Source: Octopus vulgaris (Eukaryota). Taken from it: a stretch of 64,000 bases of DNA. Position 1 is the stretch's first letter. Each line of letters begins with the position of its first letter. A program made the position numbers and the translations under genes. The stretch lies in assembly GCA_951406725.2 (NCBI GenBank), contig OX597818.1, positions 143,034,001 through 143,098,000 of the forward strand. The letters are read 5' to 3'. Below the pieces are notes generated by a model. That model was given only the letters and a program-made list of their open reading frames with translations. It had not been told where the DNA came from and did not search any database. Of this stretch, positions 27,240 to 39,782 are shown in pieces.

Positions 27240-27490
27240 CACGGGCATATGGCATAGTGGTTAAGAGCGCGGGATACTAATCCCAAGATTCCGAGTTCGA
27301 TTCCAAGCAGTGACCTGAACAATAACAATAACAATAATAATAATAACATCGAAGAATACCTTAGGAATGAGAAGCCAGGTTCGAAATTTCCCCAAGACAC
27401 CTGAAGAATGCTGGAGGGTATATCAGCCGAAACGTTGTGTTAACAACAAACAAGATGAGGACAAATATCCGTCGAATGTAAATAATGTAC
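27240..27490 (+). mobile_element. tRNA-headed small retroelement carrying a hammerhead ribozyme
   Basis: TGGCATAGTGG (A box), GAGTTCGATTCC (B box), (AAT)n, then the hammerhead; an inverted copy of the 3' end lies at ~27172-27232. Confidence 0.75.
27396..27441 (+). ncRNA. Minimal type I hammerhead ribozyme
   Basis: GACAC-CTGAAGA-atGCTG...CAGCc-GAAACGTT-GTGTT; stem I GACAC/GTGTT, palindromic AACGTT stem III. Confidence 0.75.
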
Positions 27491-27981
27491 ATAATTCCTC
27501 ATCTTTTAAATATAGAATTGTTCATGAAGTTCTATTTCAATATTTTGTTTATTAATCAATTGCAGTTGTGCTATCAAACCATACACATACACTCACAAAG
27601 CTTAAACAAACTGTACATTTTAAGTATATTGTGAGAGCAATTTTCTGAACGTCTATTAGATATCCGATTTTTTTTTTTTTTTGCAGTAGTATATCTAGAA
27701 GAACGCTCTCTTGAATGTATTCACGAAATATACAAAAATATTTAATTTCACTCAAAGCCAAAAGAAAAAAGAAAGCTTTGAGATTCCCAGTTTTGACAAA
27801 ATATGCAGAAAATATTTATTATGCGTGACTGTGTGGTAAGAACTTTGCTTCCCAACAACATGGTTTCGGATTCAATCTTATTCTGTGGAACCTTAAGCAA
27901 GTGTCCTCTATCATAACCTCGAGAAGACCAAAGCCTTGTGAGTGGATTTGGCAGACGGAAACTGAAGGAAGCCTGTTGTGC

Positions 27982-28105
<124 letters not shown>

Positions 28106-28422
28106 TTTTTTCTTTTGGCTTTGAGTGAAATTAAATATTTTTGTATACTTCGTGAATACATTCAAGAGAGCGTTCTTCTAGATATACCACTGCAAAAAAA
28201 TAAACGTTCAGAAAATTGCTCTCACAATATACTTAAAATGTACAGTTTGTTTAAGCTTTGTGAGTGTATGTGTATGGTTTGATAGCACAACTGCAATTGA
28301 TTAATAAACAAAACATTGAAATAGAAATTCATGAACAATTCTATATTTAAAAGATGAGGAATTATGTACATTATTTACATTATTTACATTCGACGGATAT
28401 TGTCCTCATCTTGTTTGTTGTT

Positions 28423-28468
28423 AACACAACGTTTCGGCCGATATACCCTCCAGCCTTCATCGGGTGTC
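28423..28468 (-). ncRNA. Hammerhead copy in the inverted arm, core variant CCGATGA
   Basis: GACAC-CCGATGA-aGGCTG...CGGCC-GAAACGTT-GTGTT. Confidence 0.6.
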
Positions 28469-28515
28469 CTCGGGAAATTTCGAACCTGGGTTCTCATTCC
28501 AAAGGTATTCTTTGA

Positions 28516-28581
<66 letters not shown>

Positions 28582-29321
28582 GCAGATCAACATTTGTGAG
28601 TCAAGGGATTATTCCATATATGAATTTTACGTTGTAGAAATGTTGTTTCCACGTTAGCCTGTTATCGGTACGTGCTTTGATGTATAATCCACACTAATCT
28701 TGGGTTACAGATTTCTTTACACTCATTACCGAACGAACAAAGTCGGGTCATGGCGTTCTCTGAACCTTAAACCGAAAAGACAAAAATCAGTATTGATGAG
28801 AACTACTGGCCACAAGGAAAGTAGAATTGCTTCAGTGATTTCATGTACAAATGATTGTACTAGATTAAAACCCATAGCTGTCTTTAAGAGAAAAACTCTG
28901 CCAAAGGAGAAATCTCTAAAAGGAACAATCATTCATGTTCTTCCACAAGGTTGGATCGATATACTGTACTTATAATGAGTACGATTTTTACCAGGAAAAT
29001 GAAAAAAATGTGGTTGGACAGTTGCGATCAGAAATACGCCGAGCAGGTAATGTTAAACACGCCAACGGCTCAGCAGATATCAGCCATGTGCACTGATTTC
29101 ACTAAGCTAGTCTATTGAGTATGATGGATCTGAGCAAAGCTGTGTTAACGCATGGGTGCACAGGCCAGATGCCCAGAGGCCTCAGTGGTCTAGGTTCTCA
29201 ATTGTATGCCAGTCTCTTAAAATAGCTGGTCTTGTACCGAAATTTGAAATCATTATTGCATTATCCAATGTTTTCTTTTATAAGGTAATGGTTTAAGGAA
29301 GACCTTACTCCTATTTCCTAT

Positions 29322-31852
29322 CTATGAGGCCCGGGTGGCAGAGGTGCAACAGTGCAACAAAGCCAAATTCAGTCTCTGGTAGATGAACAGGGGCGCGAAT
29401 TACTCGAGCCAAGTAAAATGTGTGAGGCCTTTCAACAGCATTTTGCCCGACTTTTCGGGACGAGTGGCGGACAAGAACGTAGGGTGGACTTCAGTGCCTA
29501 CCTACACAGCCTACCACGACTCTCGACAAGAGAGGCAGGGCGCTGCGAAGGTGCCATCACGGCGGCGGAAGTGCGGGACGCGATGGCAGAATGCTCGAGG
29601 GACAAATCGCCGGGTTTGGATGGTCTACCCTACGAGCTTTACAGTTGTATGCCAGACTTGTTTGGAGACGTCGCGGCAGCGGTGTGCTGCAACTGGCAGC
29701 AAAACGGGAGCATTCCTGGCTTTGTGAGCCGTGGAGCCGTAACACTGCTGAGGAAAGATCTAAACAAGGGGGATGTAATAGATAACTTTAGGCCCATCAC
29801 TCTGCTTAATGCAGACTTAAAACTTTTGGCCAAGGTGTCATCGAGAAACTGGTCGACAAGGCGCAAACGTGCGCTGTGCCGGGCCGGAGCATCCATGACA
29901 ACCTCCATCTGATGCGCTACATCATAGACAGGGTAGTTAAGGAACCTGGCATGGGTGGGGCACTGATCAATTTGGATCAATCGAAAGCTTTCGATAGGGT
30001 AGACCATCGATACTTGGAGGCTGTCTCCAGAGCGGCTGGTTTTGTTCCCGCCTTCCGCGGCGGGATAGCCGCTTTGTACAGAGATATCCGTTCGGTAATT
30101 CGCGTAAATGGACATCTATCGTGACCATTCGACATTGAACGTTCGGTCTCGTCGCTTCTCTACGTATTGACTCTCGAGCCATTATTGCGGAAGCTGGCAA
30201 CTCTGAGGGGCATCTCGTGAGAGCTGGGGTGCAGGACGAGCGTGTCTGCATACGCGGACGACGTCACCGTCATAGTGTCTAGCCACGAGCACATCAAGCG
30301 GGTCTGCGAGACACTGAAAGACTACGAAGCGGTGACAGGAGCGAAAATCAACCGGGAAAAATCACTGGGCTTGCGACTCGGCACCTGGAGAAGCAAGCCC
30401 ATGCCGTCTACCAGCGCCTCCGTCGTGGGACGCTGGACCGACGGCTCGGTCGAGTTGCTCAGGGTCTGGTTTGGTCCGGACCTCTAAATGGAGAAAAACT
30501 GGAACGAGATAATGAGTAGGGTGGTCACTCTCGCCCGGCAATGGGCCGAAAGGAAACTGTCCCTAAAAGGTCGGGCGGAGGTGGCGAACTCGTACATCGC
30601 GTCCGTCATCTACTACCGCCTGACCGTCGTGCCTTGTCCCGACCCTACCATCACCAAACAAGAACGCATTCTCTTTCGCTTCTTGTGGAAAGGATGCCTC
30701 CCGATGGTCAGGTGATCCATTTGCTGTCAACACCCATTAAAAGGGCATGCCGTGGTTGATGATGCGCAGACACGCGCTGAGACTGCGACATTTCAGGCGC
30801 TACGTAGACGACGGTGAACAGGTGTGGTCGCCGTTTATGAGGCACGCTTTCCCGTAGCTCATCTCCATGACCGAACTGCAGTCGTGGATCAAAAAGAGGC
30901 CGAGGAAGAGCGAATGGCACCGCGAGTGTCGCGTTGCTCTCAAGCAACTATGCCGTCCCGGGTCGACCTTGAGTGACTTCAACACAATCAAAGCATTCTA
31001 TAGGGGATTAGTGGAGGGGAGGTACGACAACAAGCTCGGGCGAACCTGGACGTCGACGAGGAATACCTGACCCGCCTATTCAGGACGACTTTCGGGTCAG
31101 GGCCCATGGACAACTTCCAGAAATCCCTGGCCTGGCAGCGCTATCGAGAAGCGCTACCCGTTCAGGATAAGCTCTACAGACACGGCTCGAGAAACACGGG
31201 TCCGACCTGCCCGAGATGCGGTCAGAGCGACGAAACCGTTCTGGGACGTGTGGGACGAGTCGGTTTATCAGCCGAGTCTATCGTCAATATCGTCATGCCT
31301 CCTTCCTTCAAACGGGAAGGAAGAGCTATTTTCATCATCCTTGCGGCTATGGCGAAAGAATGTATCTGGTGGACGCGTCTGAAAGGATTGGAGACAAACA
31401 CTTTCCTCTCTGGTCAATCTCTCATCAACTTCTTCAAGTATCACTTGAAAAAGAAAGTGAGAGTAGAAAGGCGAGTTTTGTCTAGCGAATGTTTCAAAAA
31501 CAGATGGGTGAATGTAGCAAGGATGGCACGTATGAATGACGAAGCCACCTTGAGCATAAATCCTATGAACCCGGAAAATTTAAAACAGAGGGTTACCTAC
31601 TTGCAAACAAATGTGGTAACATGTAACATTATTGACCGAGGTTACCGTGGTCTTTTCCGTAGGCTTTTCTTTCCACGGATAAACCTTACCTGCTATCCAC
31701 TTACACTGTACATCATGACACTGTGATACACGATCCCTGTTGATCGTTTCTTTTCTCTTCCTTTTCTTTTTTTTTCTTCTTTCCCTTTTACGATCCCTTT
31801 TGATCGAAAACCTACCCCACTTTTTTTTTCTCTCTCCCCCCAAAAAGAAAAG

Positions 31853-31854
<2 letters not shown>
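29322..31854 (+). mobile_element. 5'-truncated Tx1/L1-clade LINE (RT, CCHC-type finger region, 3' UTR), frameshifted
   Basis: KSPGLDGLP, NFRPITLLNADLK, LDQSKAFDRVDH, YADD, CPRC; ends in (CTAT)n. Confidence 0.93.
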
Positions 31855-32714
<860 letters not shown>

Positions 32715-32797
32715 TACACATATGCTTCAGAATATGTTGATGAAGCATGTATATATGAGCTCTGAAATGTATACACTCAGATGTATAGCCGTTTATA

Positions 32798-32842
<45 letters not shown>

Positions 32843-32930
32843 ATCTATATGTGCATCTTGTCGGTTCGGTAAAAAAAAGATGGATAAATAAGCATTAGGC
32901 TTAAAAAGAAAAGAACTAGGGGGCGATTTG

Positions 32931-33296
32931 GGTTCTTTTTGGTTATCTCACCCCCATTAAAAAATTACCATTAAGAAATTGGGTTACCTCTCCACTAAAA
33001 AATTGAGTTTGTGACGATAAGAGATTGGATTGAAAGGGTTAGATCCTTTAGATTCAATACTTCGACACATTGTTGACGTTTGGCCTCCAAAATGGCAACT
33101 GTTATAAAAATGTTATTAGATTCAATAAGCTATTTAGTTTTTTTCAGTTTTCCTGTTTATTGATGTTTTTGTTTTATTGACGATGAAACCATTTTTTTAG
33201 GCGGGGGAGATAACCAAAAGTACCAATTTTATTTATAAAACGGGTGAGGGGAGATAATCCAAATTTTTAATGCATGTGAAATAACCAAAATATACT
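32931..33296. mobile_element. MITE with 8-bp TSD inside a SINE 3' end
   Basis: TSD GCGATTTG at 32923-32930 and 33297-33304; imperfect TIR TTTTGGTTAT(C/T)TCAC; subterminal GGAGATAACC repeats. Confidence 0.75.
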
Positions 33297-33400
33297 GCGA
33301 TTTGTTCGACTACAAACCTTTCAAAGTGGCTGCAGTCTATGACAAATAAAAGATATCATTTGCTTAGAATATTGATAAATAAAACAGTTTTAAAAAAAAT

Positions 33401-33695
33401 GGTTGGAGTTCAATTATATCGAACAAGCTGCCAGCCGACGACTATTCACAGGCGCGATCCCACTACTGCTCGACACGGGGCCTTTTGCCTGCTGCGTTTC
33501 CGCCCTGGGCCGAAGCGACCCTCCTTAGACAACCTGGTCCTGATGAGCTCCCTCTCCAGCACCATATTGATGCCGAGCTTAGCGCGGACACCCGATCGCC
33601 ATAGAAGACCGACTACCAGGACTCCCATCCTCAAACCGGTCAACCAACCAAGCCTCCGAGTAGCTGGATTACAGGAGCGCGCCACAACTCCCGGC
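33401..33695 (-). ncRNA. 7SL: 7SL / SRP RNA gene, copy 1
   Basis: GCCGGG start, Alu-domain TGTAA, CGATCGGGTGTCCGC-CTAAG-TCGGCATCAATATGG, helix 6 GGAG loop, helix 8 CCCAGG-CGGAAACG-AGCAGG, AGTAGTGGGATCGCGCCTGTGAATAG, T8 terminator. Confidence 0.97.
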
Positions 33696-34173
33696 GATGG
33701 CAGGTGTTCGAATTTAATTACTTAAACCTAACTTCACCTGTTCAAGCGTTGTTATTTTCTATATTTCTATTTCTTTTTTTTTTATGATTTCACATCTATA
33801 GAAAGCAAAAATTAAAGTTGCTTCTTGATTTATTTTGAAATGTAAATCTTACTTTCTATTTAATTTTCATATCGTTACAATGAGAACAGCCTCGTTCTGC
33901 TTCACTAATTAATTTTAGAAAACAAGGGAGACAAATTATATTCCTGCTTTTAATTATCACGATTTGTGTGTCGTCTCACAATGGTTGATAGAGCAGGTGG
34001 AAGTGGTTACTCTGTCTTCTGCAAACTACATCCTATCTCCAAAAGGAAACGATACATTCTATGGGTGTTAAATCTGTCTTGCTTTATACTGACTATCCAT
34101 TCCCAGAATTTATATGGTTCAGGTAGTTAAGGATGAAGCATATTTCCGGCTGGCGAGTCAAGTTGCGTTGATC

Positions 34174-34615
34174 GGCGATCTTTCGTCTCTAGTAGACCTT
34201 TCCGTCGATTTCCGTAAATTTTTTTTTTCTTTTACATATGGGCTTGCGGGAACTTTTGAAGTAATGAGAGCGAAAGAGACTAAGAGAAAGCGATTGTATG
34301 ACGAGGGAAGTTCTTTTGAAGTTACTCTTTCACACATTACTCTCTCTGTCTCTTCACACACACTAACAGAAGCACTTCACTTACACAACATACTATCTGT
34401 CTCCCACACCCCATCAAACACACACATACACACACATATGTACATCAATGCTCCCATGCACGGTAACTTCAAAAGAACTTCCCTCGTCATACAATCGCTT
34501 TCTCTTAGTCTCTTTCGCTCCCATTACTTCAAAAGTTCCCGCAAGCCCATATGTAAAAAAAAAAAATTTTTTTACGGAAATCGACGGAAAGGTCTACTAG
34601 AGACGAAAGATCGCC
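34174..34615. mobile_element. MITE with ~95-bp TIRs and 8-bp TSD CGTTGATC
   Basis: GGCGATC...GATCGCC termini; empty site visible in paralogous spacers at ~37006 and ~49269. Confidence 0.93.
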
Positions 34616-35299
34616 CGTTGATCTTTATCCTTTGTAACCTTGAATCTTAACTATTTTCATTACCTATTTTTAGACGGAGTTCTGGAAATGTAAATATTAT
34701 TCCGTATACTCCCTTTTGAATCAATAAATGGGATTAATTTCGGTAGTCTTAGTGGAATATACCAATTGTTAACGACTTCGCTACCAGTTTGCACTGTTAA
34801 AGAGATTTTAATTAAAATACTTTTAAATGTTCTTAAATTAAGAGACGTTCATTTTTGTGATCTTGTTAATAGTCAATAAATGTTCGTGCTTAAAACTTAC
34901 ATAATTTAATATGGTTAATTCAGTGAAAAAGGAATATATTTTACAAAAGAAAAACAAATGGTTCTTTGAAATATATTTATATTTGGATTATTGGGTAAAT
35001 GTTTTAGAAATAGGGGAAGAACAGAGTCGTATTTTAATCATCTTTTCAAATATTATTTAGAAAATTTTATAGCTTTCACATCTATTGTAGATGAATGTAA
35101 AGAATAATGTAAACGAGTAATTGCTAGGTAGATGAGGAGCTGAGCCTGTATTCGATACCAACCGTAAATTTTAAGGGTTACTGCTCCTAAAAATATGGGT
35201 TGGTAACTTCTACTATGCTATTGATCTTATGTTTGATACATCGGGTTCGCTTGGAACTACTCAGCATCCAAATGGTAATTTTTGGTGGTTACGCAAGAT

Positions 35300-35577
35300 T
35301 TTTCTTCACAAATGTAAATAAACCCAATCTGTTTCTTAAACGAGGGACATATTCATTATGCACAGAATGTTATTTACCTAAATGGACGACAGCGATTGGT
35401 TAAAATTGCCGAAATGCTCGAAATTAAAGACGAAATATCTTACAACCTATGGAATTTTCTCAATAAAGCCAAGAGAAAATGATGTTTTATAAACACATTC
35501 TACCAGTATACGAAGTTTAATACTTTTTAGTTACCTAGAAATTATGTTACAAAGTGCCGTTCCAAAGGAAAAGATCC
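35300..35577. mobile_element. Partial older copy of the GGATCTTTT-TIR MITE
   Basis: collinear with 6120-6384. Confidence 0.8.
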
Positions 35578-36232
35578 ACCAAATGTTATGTTTTGAATTA
35601 TGACCCTTTACGTTATGAGTTCAAATGACAGCGGGGTGCGCATTCACCTATGAATTAGTAATAGAAGGTTGTATACCTAAAATAAGAAAAGCAAACATTA
35701 AAAATTTTTCTAATGGAAGTGTATTTAAAATGAAAGGCAAATATATATATAAAAAAAAGGGTGGGTTTTCTTAAGCCATGGCTCCAGTTTGATTAAAATA
35801 GAATATGAATTAGTATAGCAGAGTAGCGACGGCATGGACAATCTTTCTCGACTAGTGAACTGCATGAGATATTATTCATCAGGAATCGGGTGACACGACT
35901 AAAAGAAAAATTTCACATCGTATTTTGTTGGTGGTTTAGTCCGATGAATTGTAGTGTACGACAGCGGAGTTATAAAAAGAGTTGGTATAATCATGGAATT
36001 GTTTAATATAGAAAAAGTTGAAGAAAGGCGGCAGGTTGTTATGGAAATGTGTATGGCTGTGTTTATTTTATAATATATTTAATTATTTAAACGTCGCAGC
36101 AAAGTTGGTAGGCCATGACAAATAAATTACTAAGCATAAAAACAAGAATGATAGAAGATTTGGTTATATAATAAAAGAAATAAAGCAAGATATTTAGTTT
36201 GAATAATGCAAAGAAATGAAAAATAAAAAAAA

Positions 36233-36527
36233 GGTTGGAGTTCAATTATATCGAACAGGCTGCCAGCCGACGACTATTCACAGGCGCGATCCCACTACTG
36301 CTCGACACGGGGCCTTTTGCCTGCTGCGTTTCCGCCCTGGGCCGAAGCGACCCTCCTTAGACAACCTGGTCCTGATGAGCTCCCTCTCCAGCACCATATT
36401 GATGCCGAGCTTAGCGCGGACACCCGATCGCCATAGAAGACCGACTACCAGGACTCCCATCCTCAAACCGGTCAACCAACCAAGCCTCCGAGTAGCTGGA
36501 TTACAGGAGCACGCCACGACTCCCGGC
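36233..36527 (-). ncRNA. 7SL: 7SL RNA gene, copy 2
   Basis: 295 nt, same motifs as copy 1, oligo-T terminator. Confidence 0.97.
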
Positions 36528-37437
36528 CATGACGAGTTTTCGAATTTAATTAATTAAACCTAACTTCACCTGTTCAAGCGTTGTTATTTTCTATATTTCT
36601 ATTTCTTTCTATTTTTTAATGATTTCACATCTATAGAAAGCAAAAATTAAGGTTGTTTCTTCATTTGTTTTGAAATGTAAATCTTATTTTCTATATAAAT
36701 TTCGTATCGTTACAATGAGAACAGCCTCGTTCTGCTTCACTAATTAATTTTAGAAAACACAAGGGAGACAAATTATATTCCTGCTTTTAATCCTCACGAT
36801 TTGTGCGTCGTCTCACAATGGTTGATAGAGCAGGTGGAAGTGGTTACTCTGTCTTCTGCAAACTACATCCTATCTCCAAAAGGAATTGATACATTCTATG
36901 GGTGCTAAAGCTGTCTTGCTTTATACTGACTATCCATTCCCAGAATTTATTTAAAGGTTCAGGTAGTTAAGGATGAAGCATATTTCCGGCTGGCGAGTCA
37001 AGTTGCGTTGATCTTTATCCTTTGTAACCTTGAATCTTATATTTTGTAACCTTGAATCTATTTTCATTACTTATTTTTAGACGGAGTTCTGGAAATGTAA
37101 ATATTATTCCGTATACTCCCTTTTGAATCAATAAATGGGATTAATTTCGGTAGTCTTAGTGGAATATACCAATTGTTAACGACTTCGCTACCAGTTTGCA
37201 CTGTTAAGGAGATTTTAATTAAAATACTTTTAAATGTTCTTAAATTAAGAGACGTTCATTTAGTGGTCTTGTTAGTAGTCAATAATTGCATGTTGCTAAT
37301 TAAATGTTCTTGTTGAAACTTACATAATTTAATATGGTTATGGACAAATTGAACATATTGTCCATAACCATATAATTTTTCACAATAGGCACACTACTCG
37401 TAAAAAAGCCGACAGAAATTTCTAAAAAATTCCATCA

Positions 37438-37497
37438 TTACCATATCGGACCGATTTCAGGGTTAGTTCGTAAGAACCCTCCCTTCGTCAGTGATAA
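37438..37497 (-). ncRNA. Type I hammerhead ribozyme in an A spacer
   Basis: TTATCA-CTGACGA-AGGG...CCCT-GAAA-TCG gtc CGA-TA-TGGTAA; all three stems pair; AUA triplet. Confidence 0.8.
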
Positions 37498-39039
37498 ATG
37501 TGGCAAAGAAATAAATGAGATACTTACTCATACCCATGGAAGAAGCAAAACACTAAGTCATGAGCACAATTAAGTACCCCAATTAAATCCAAAATAGAAA
37601 TACTATCGGATGAAGCCACAGAGTTGTTTTGCTTTGACTCTCATTACGTTTTCTTAGCATAGATACTGGAGTAATTTACCATTGCTTTCCCCAACTGGAT
37701 GGCTATTAGCCCACTGGAAGTTCATCCGTCCTTCGACAGGTCTTCTTTTTAGTCCTGCTGGGTATCCTGATACCCTTCTCACAAGAGCAACAAGCTATTT
37801 GGTTTAGTCGCCGTCCACTCGACCATGAAACAGGGAGTATTGTTTAACATGGTACGATGGAAGGGTCAAATACTTCACCTAACTGTATTAATTGTACCAT
37901 TCCTAAATAAAAAGCGCAGGGGTAAGAATGGAGCGTGCAGGAAAGTCTTTTGCCTTTGTCTACCAAGAGTGGCTGACCTGGGCCTAAATAAGCAATAGTA
38001 ATGTGGTGAGAAAGGGTCCTTTACAACAATAACAGTTACCTGTTCCCTCTCAAAGATCGCAGGTGCAGGTCTATCATCGAGGGGCCATTACTATAGTTTC
38101 AATATGAACGGTTGTAAATAGACCGTATTTCACACACAGAGCCACTGATAAAATACAATGGTAACGCAGAGAAAATACATTGATTTCCTGCATTAACATA
38201 AAAACAAAGTGGAACAAAATAACTTTCCAAACTAATAGAGAAGAGGTTCATATTATAATAAATATTGAAAGAAATTAGTTTTTGAAATAAGGTTTTATTT
38301 TTTAAATAATTCTCTCTTAATCAGATACTTAATTCTATAAATGTAAGTCTTATATCTATGTCACTCTATTGAGAAATCGCTCATTTTCAAGACATAACAT
38401 GTGGGCTTACATGGTCATAATGGTATCCATTGTGATTCACTCAGTTTGCAATGTTTGATAGAACGGGTGATCCATATCAATTCTAAATTAATTAATGCTG
38501 GGTTGATGAATACTTCAACGTCAATGCGACTAATATATGAAGCGATCTCTATATAGTTACAAGACCTGGTAGAAATAGCTAATTATCGCTGAAACTATAG
38601 TCTACGGCTTTAAAAACTGGCAGAGAGAGATAGAGATATATATATAGAGAGAGATAGAGATATATATAGAGAGAGAGATAGAGATATATATATAGAGAGA
38701 GATAGAGATATATATATATAGAGAGAAAGAGACTGATGTAAACCAGAGTAGATTATTTCTGAATGAATGAGATGGACACGGATGGAATTCTTTTGACCAA
38801 CAACAAACCACAGTAGGAAAAACAATAACAAAAGCAACAACATCAGTAACAACAACAAAAGCAGCGGTAGAAGTTATTGCTTTTCCCCCCATTTTAACTG
38901 TACTGTAGTTGAGTCTATTGAATAGATTAGACATCGCACTCTCGGAGTATGTTGTAGTGTCTTCTTAAAAATGGAAAGTAGTCCGGTGAAGCAGAAACAG
39001 TGTGAATATAATTTGAGAGTGAAGTTTAGAAAATATATA

Positions 39040-39271
39040 TTTCTTTACTACCCACGAGGGGCTAAACACAGAGGGGACAAACAAGGACAGACAAAGGGAT
39101 AAAGTCGATTACATCGACTCCAGTGCGTAACTGGTACTTAATTTATCGACCCCGAAAGGATGAAAGGCAAAGTCGACCTCGGCGGAATTTGAACTCGGAA
39201 CGTAATGACAGACGAAGTACGGCTACGCATTTCGCCCGGCGTGCTAACGTTTCTGCCAGCTCCCCGCCTTA
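39040..39271 (-). mobile_element. SINE family 3 in an A spacer (paralog at 51285-51516)
   Basis: family match; flanked by an AAGTTTAG(A/G)AAATAT duplication. Confidence 0.88.
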
Positions 39272-39456
39272 AAGTTTAGGAAATATAATGGGTTTGTAGG
39301 TACAGGGATGGGGAGTTATCGGGACAACCAAGATTATGTTTTGGATTATGTCCCTTTACGTTATGAGTTCAAATCACAGCGGGGTGCGCTTTCACCTATG
39401 AGTTAGTAATAGAAGGTTGTATACCTAAAATAAGAAAAGCAAACAATAAAAAAAAA

Positions 39457-39751
39457 GGTTGGAGTTCAATTATATCGAACAGGCTGCCAGCCGACGACTA
39501 TTCACAGGCGCGATCCCACTACTGCTCGACACGGGGACTTTTGCCTGCTGCGTTTCCGCCCTGGGCCGAAGCGACCCTCCTTAGACAACCTGGTCCTGAT
39601 GAGCTCCCTCTCCAGCACCATATTGATGCCGAGCTTAGCGCGGACACCCGATCGCCATAGAAGACCGACTACCAGGACTCCCATCCTCAAACCGGTCAAC
39701 CAACCAAGCCTCCGAGTAGCTGGATTACAGGAGCACGCCACGACTCCCGGC
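39457..39751 (-). ncRNA. 7SL: 7SL RNA gene, copy 3
   Basis: 295 nt, T9 terminator. Confidence 0.97.
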
Positions 39752-39768
39752 CATGGCACCTGTTCGAA

Positions 39769-39782
39769 TTTAATTAATTAAA
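39769..39782 (-). promoter_or_regulatory. TATA-like element at -18 to -31 of 7SL (present upstream of every copy)
   Basis: TTTAA(T/G)TAATTAAA conserved in both spacer classes at a fixed distance. Confidence 0.6.

Noticed and set aside
33538-33560. CTGATGAG hammerhead-like core on the + strand inside 7SL
   Set aside because: It is the antisense of helix 6, with no properly placed GAAA or stems
33401-33695. 7SL-derived SINE (Alu-like) interpretation of the array copies
   Set aside because: Copies keep the full S domain, have T-run terminators, lack A-tails and TSDs, and share kb-scale flanks
33339-33725. Repeated 60-128 aa ORFs on both strands over each array unit (e.g. MARSCNPATRR...)
   Set aside because: They are translations of the GC-rich 7SL RNA gene, with no protein features
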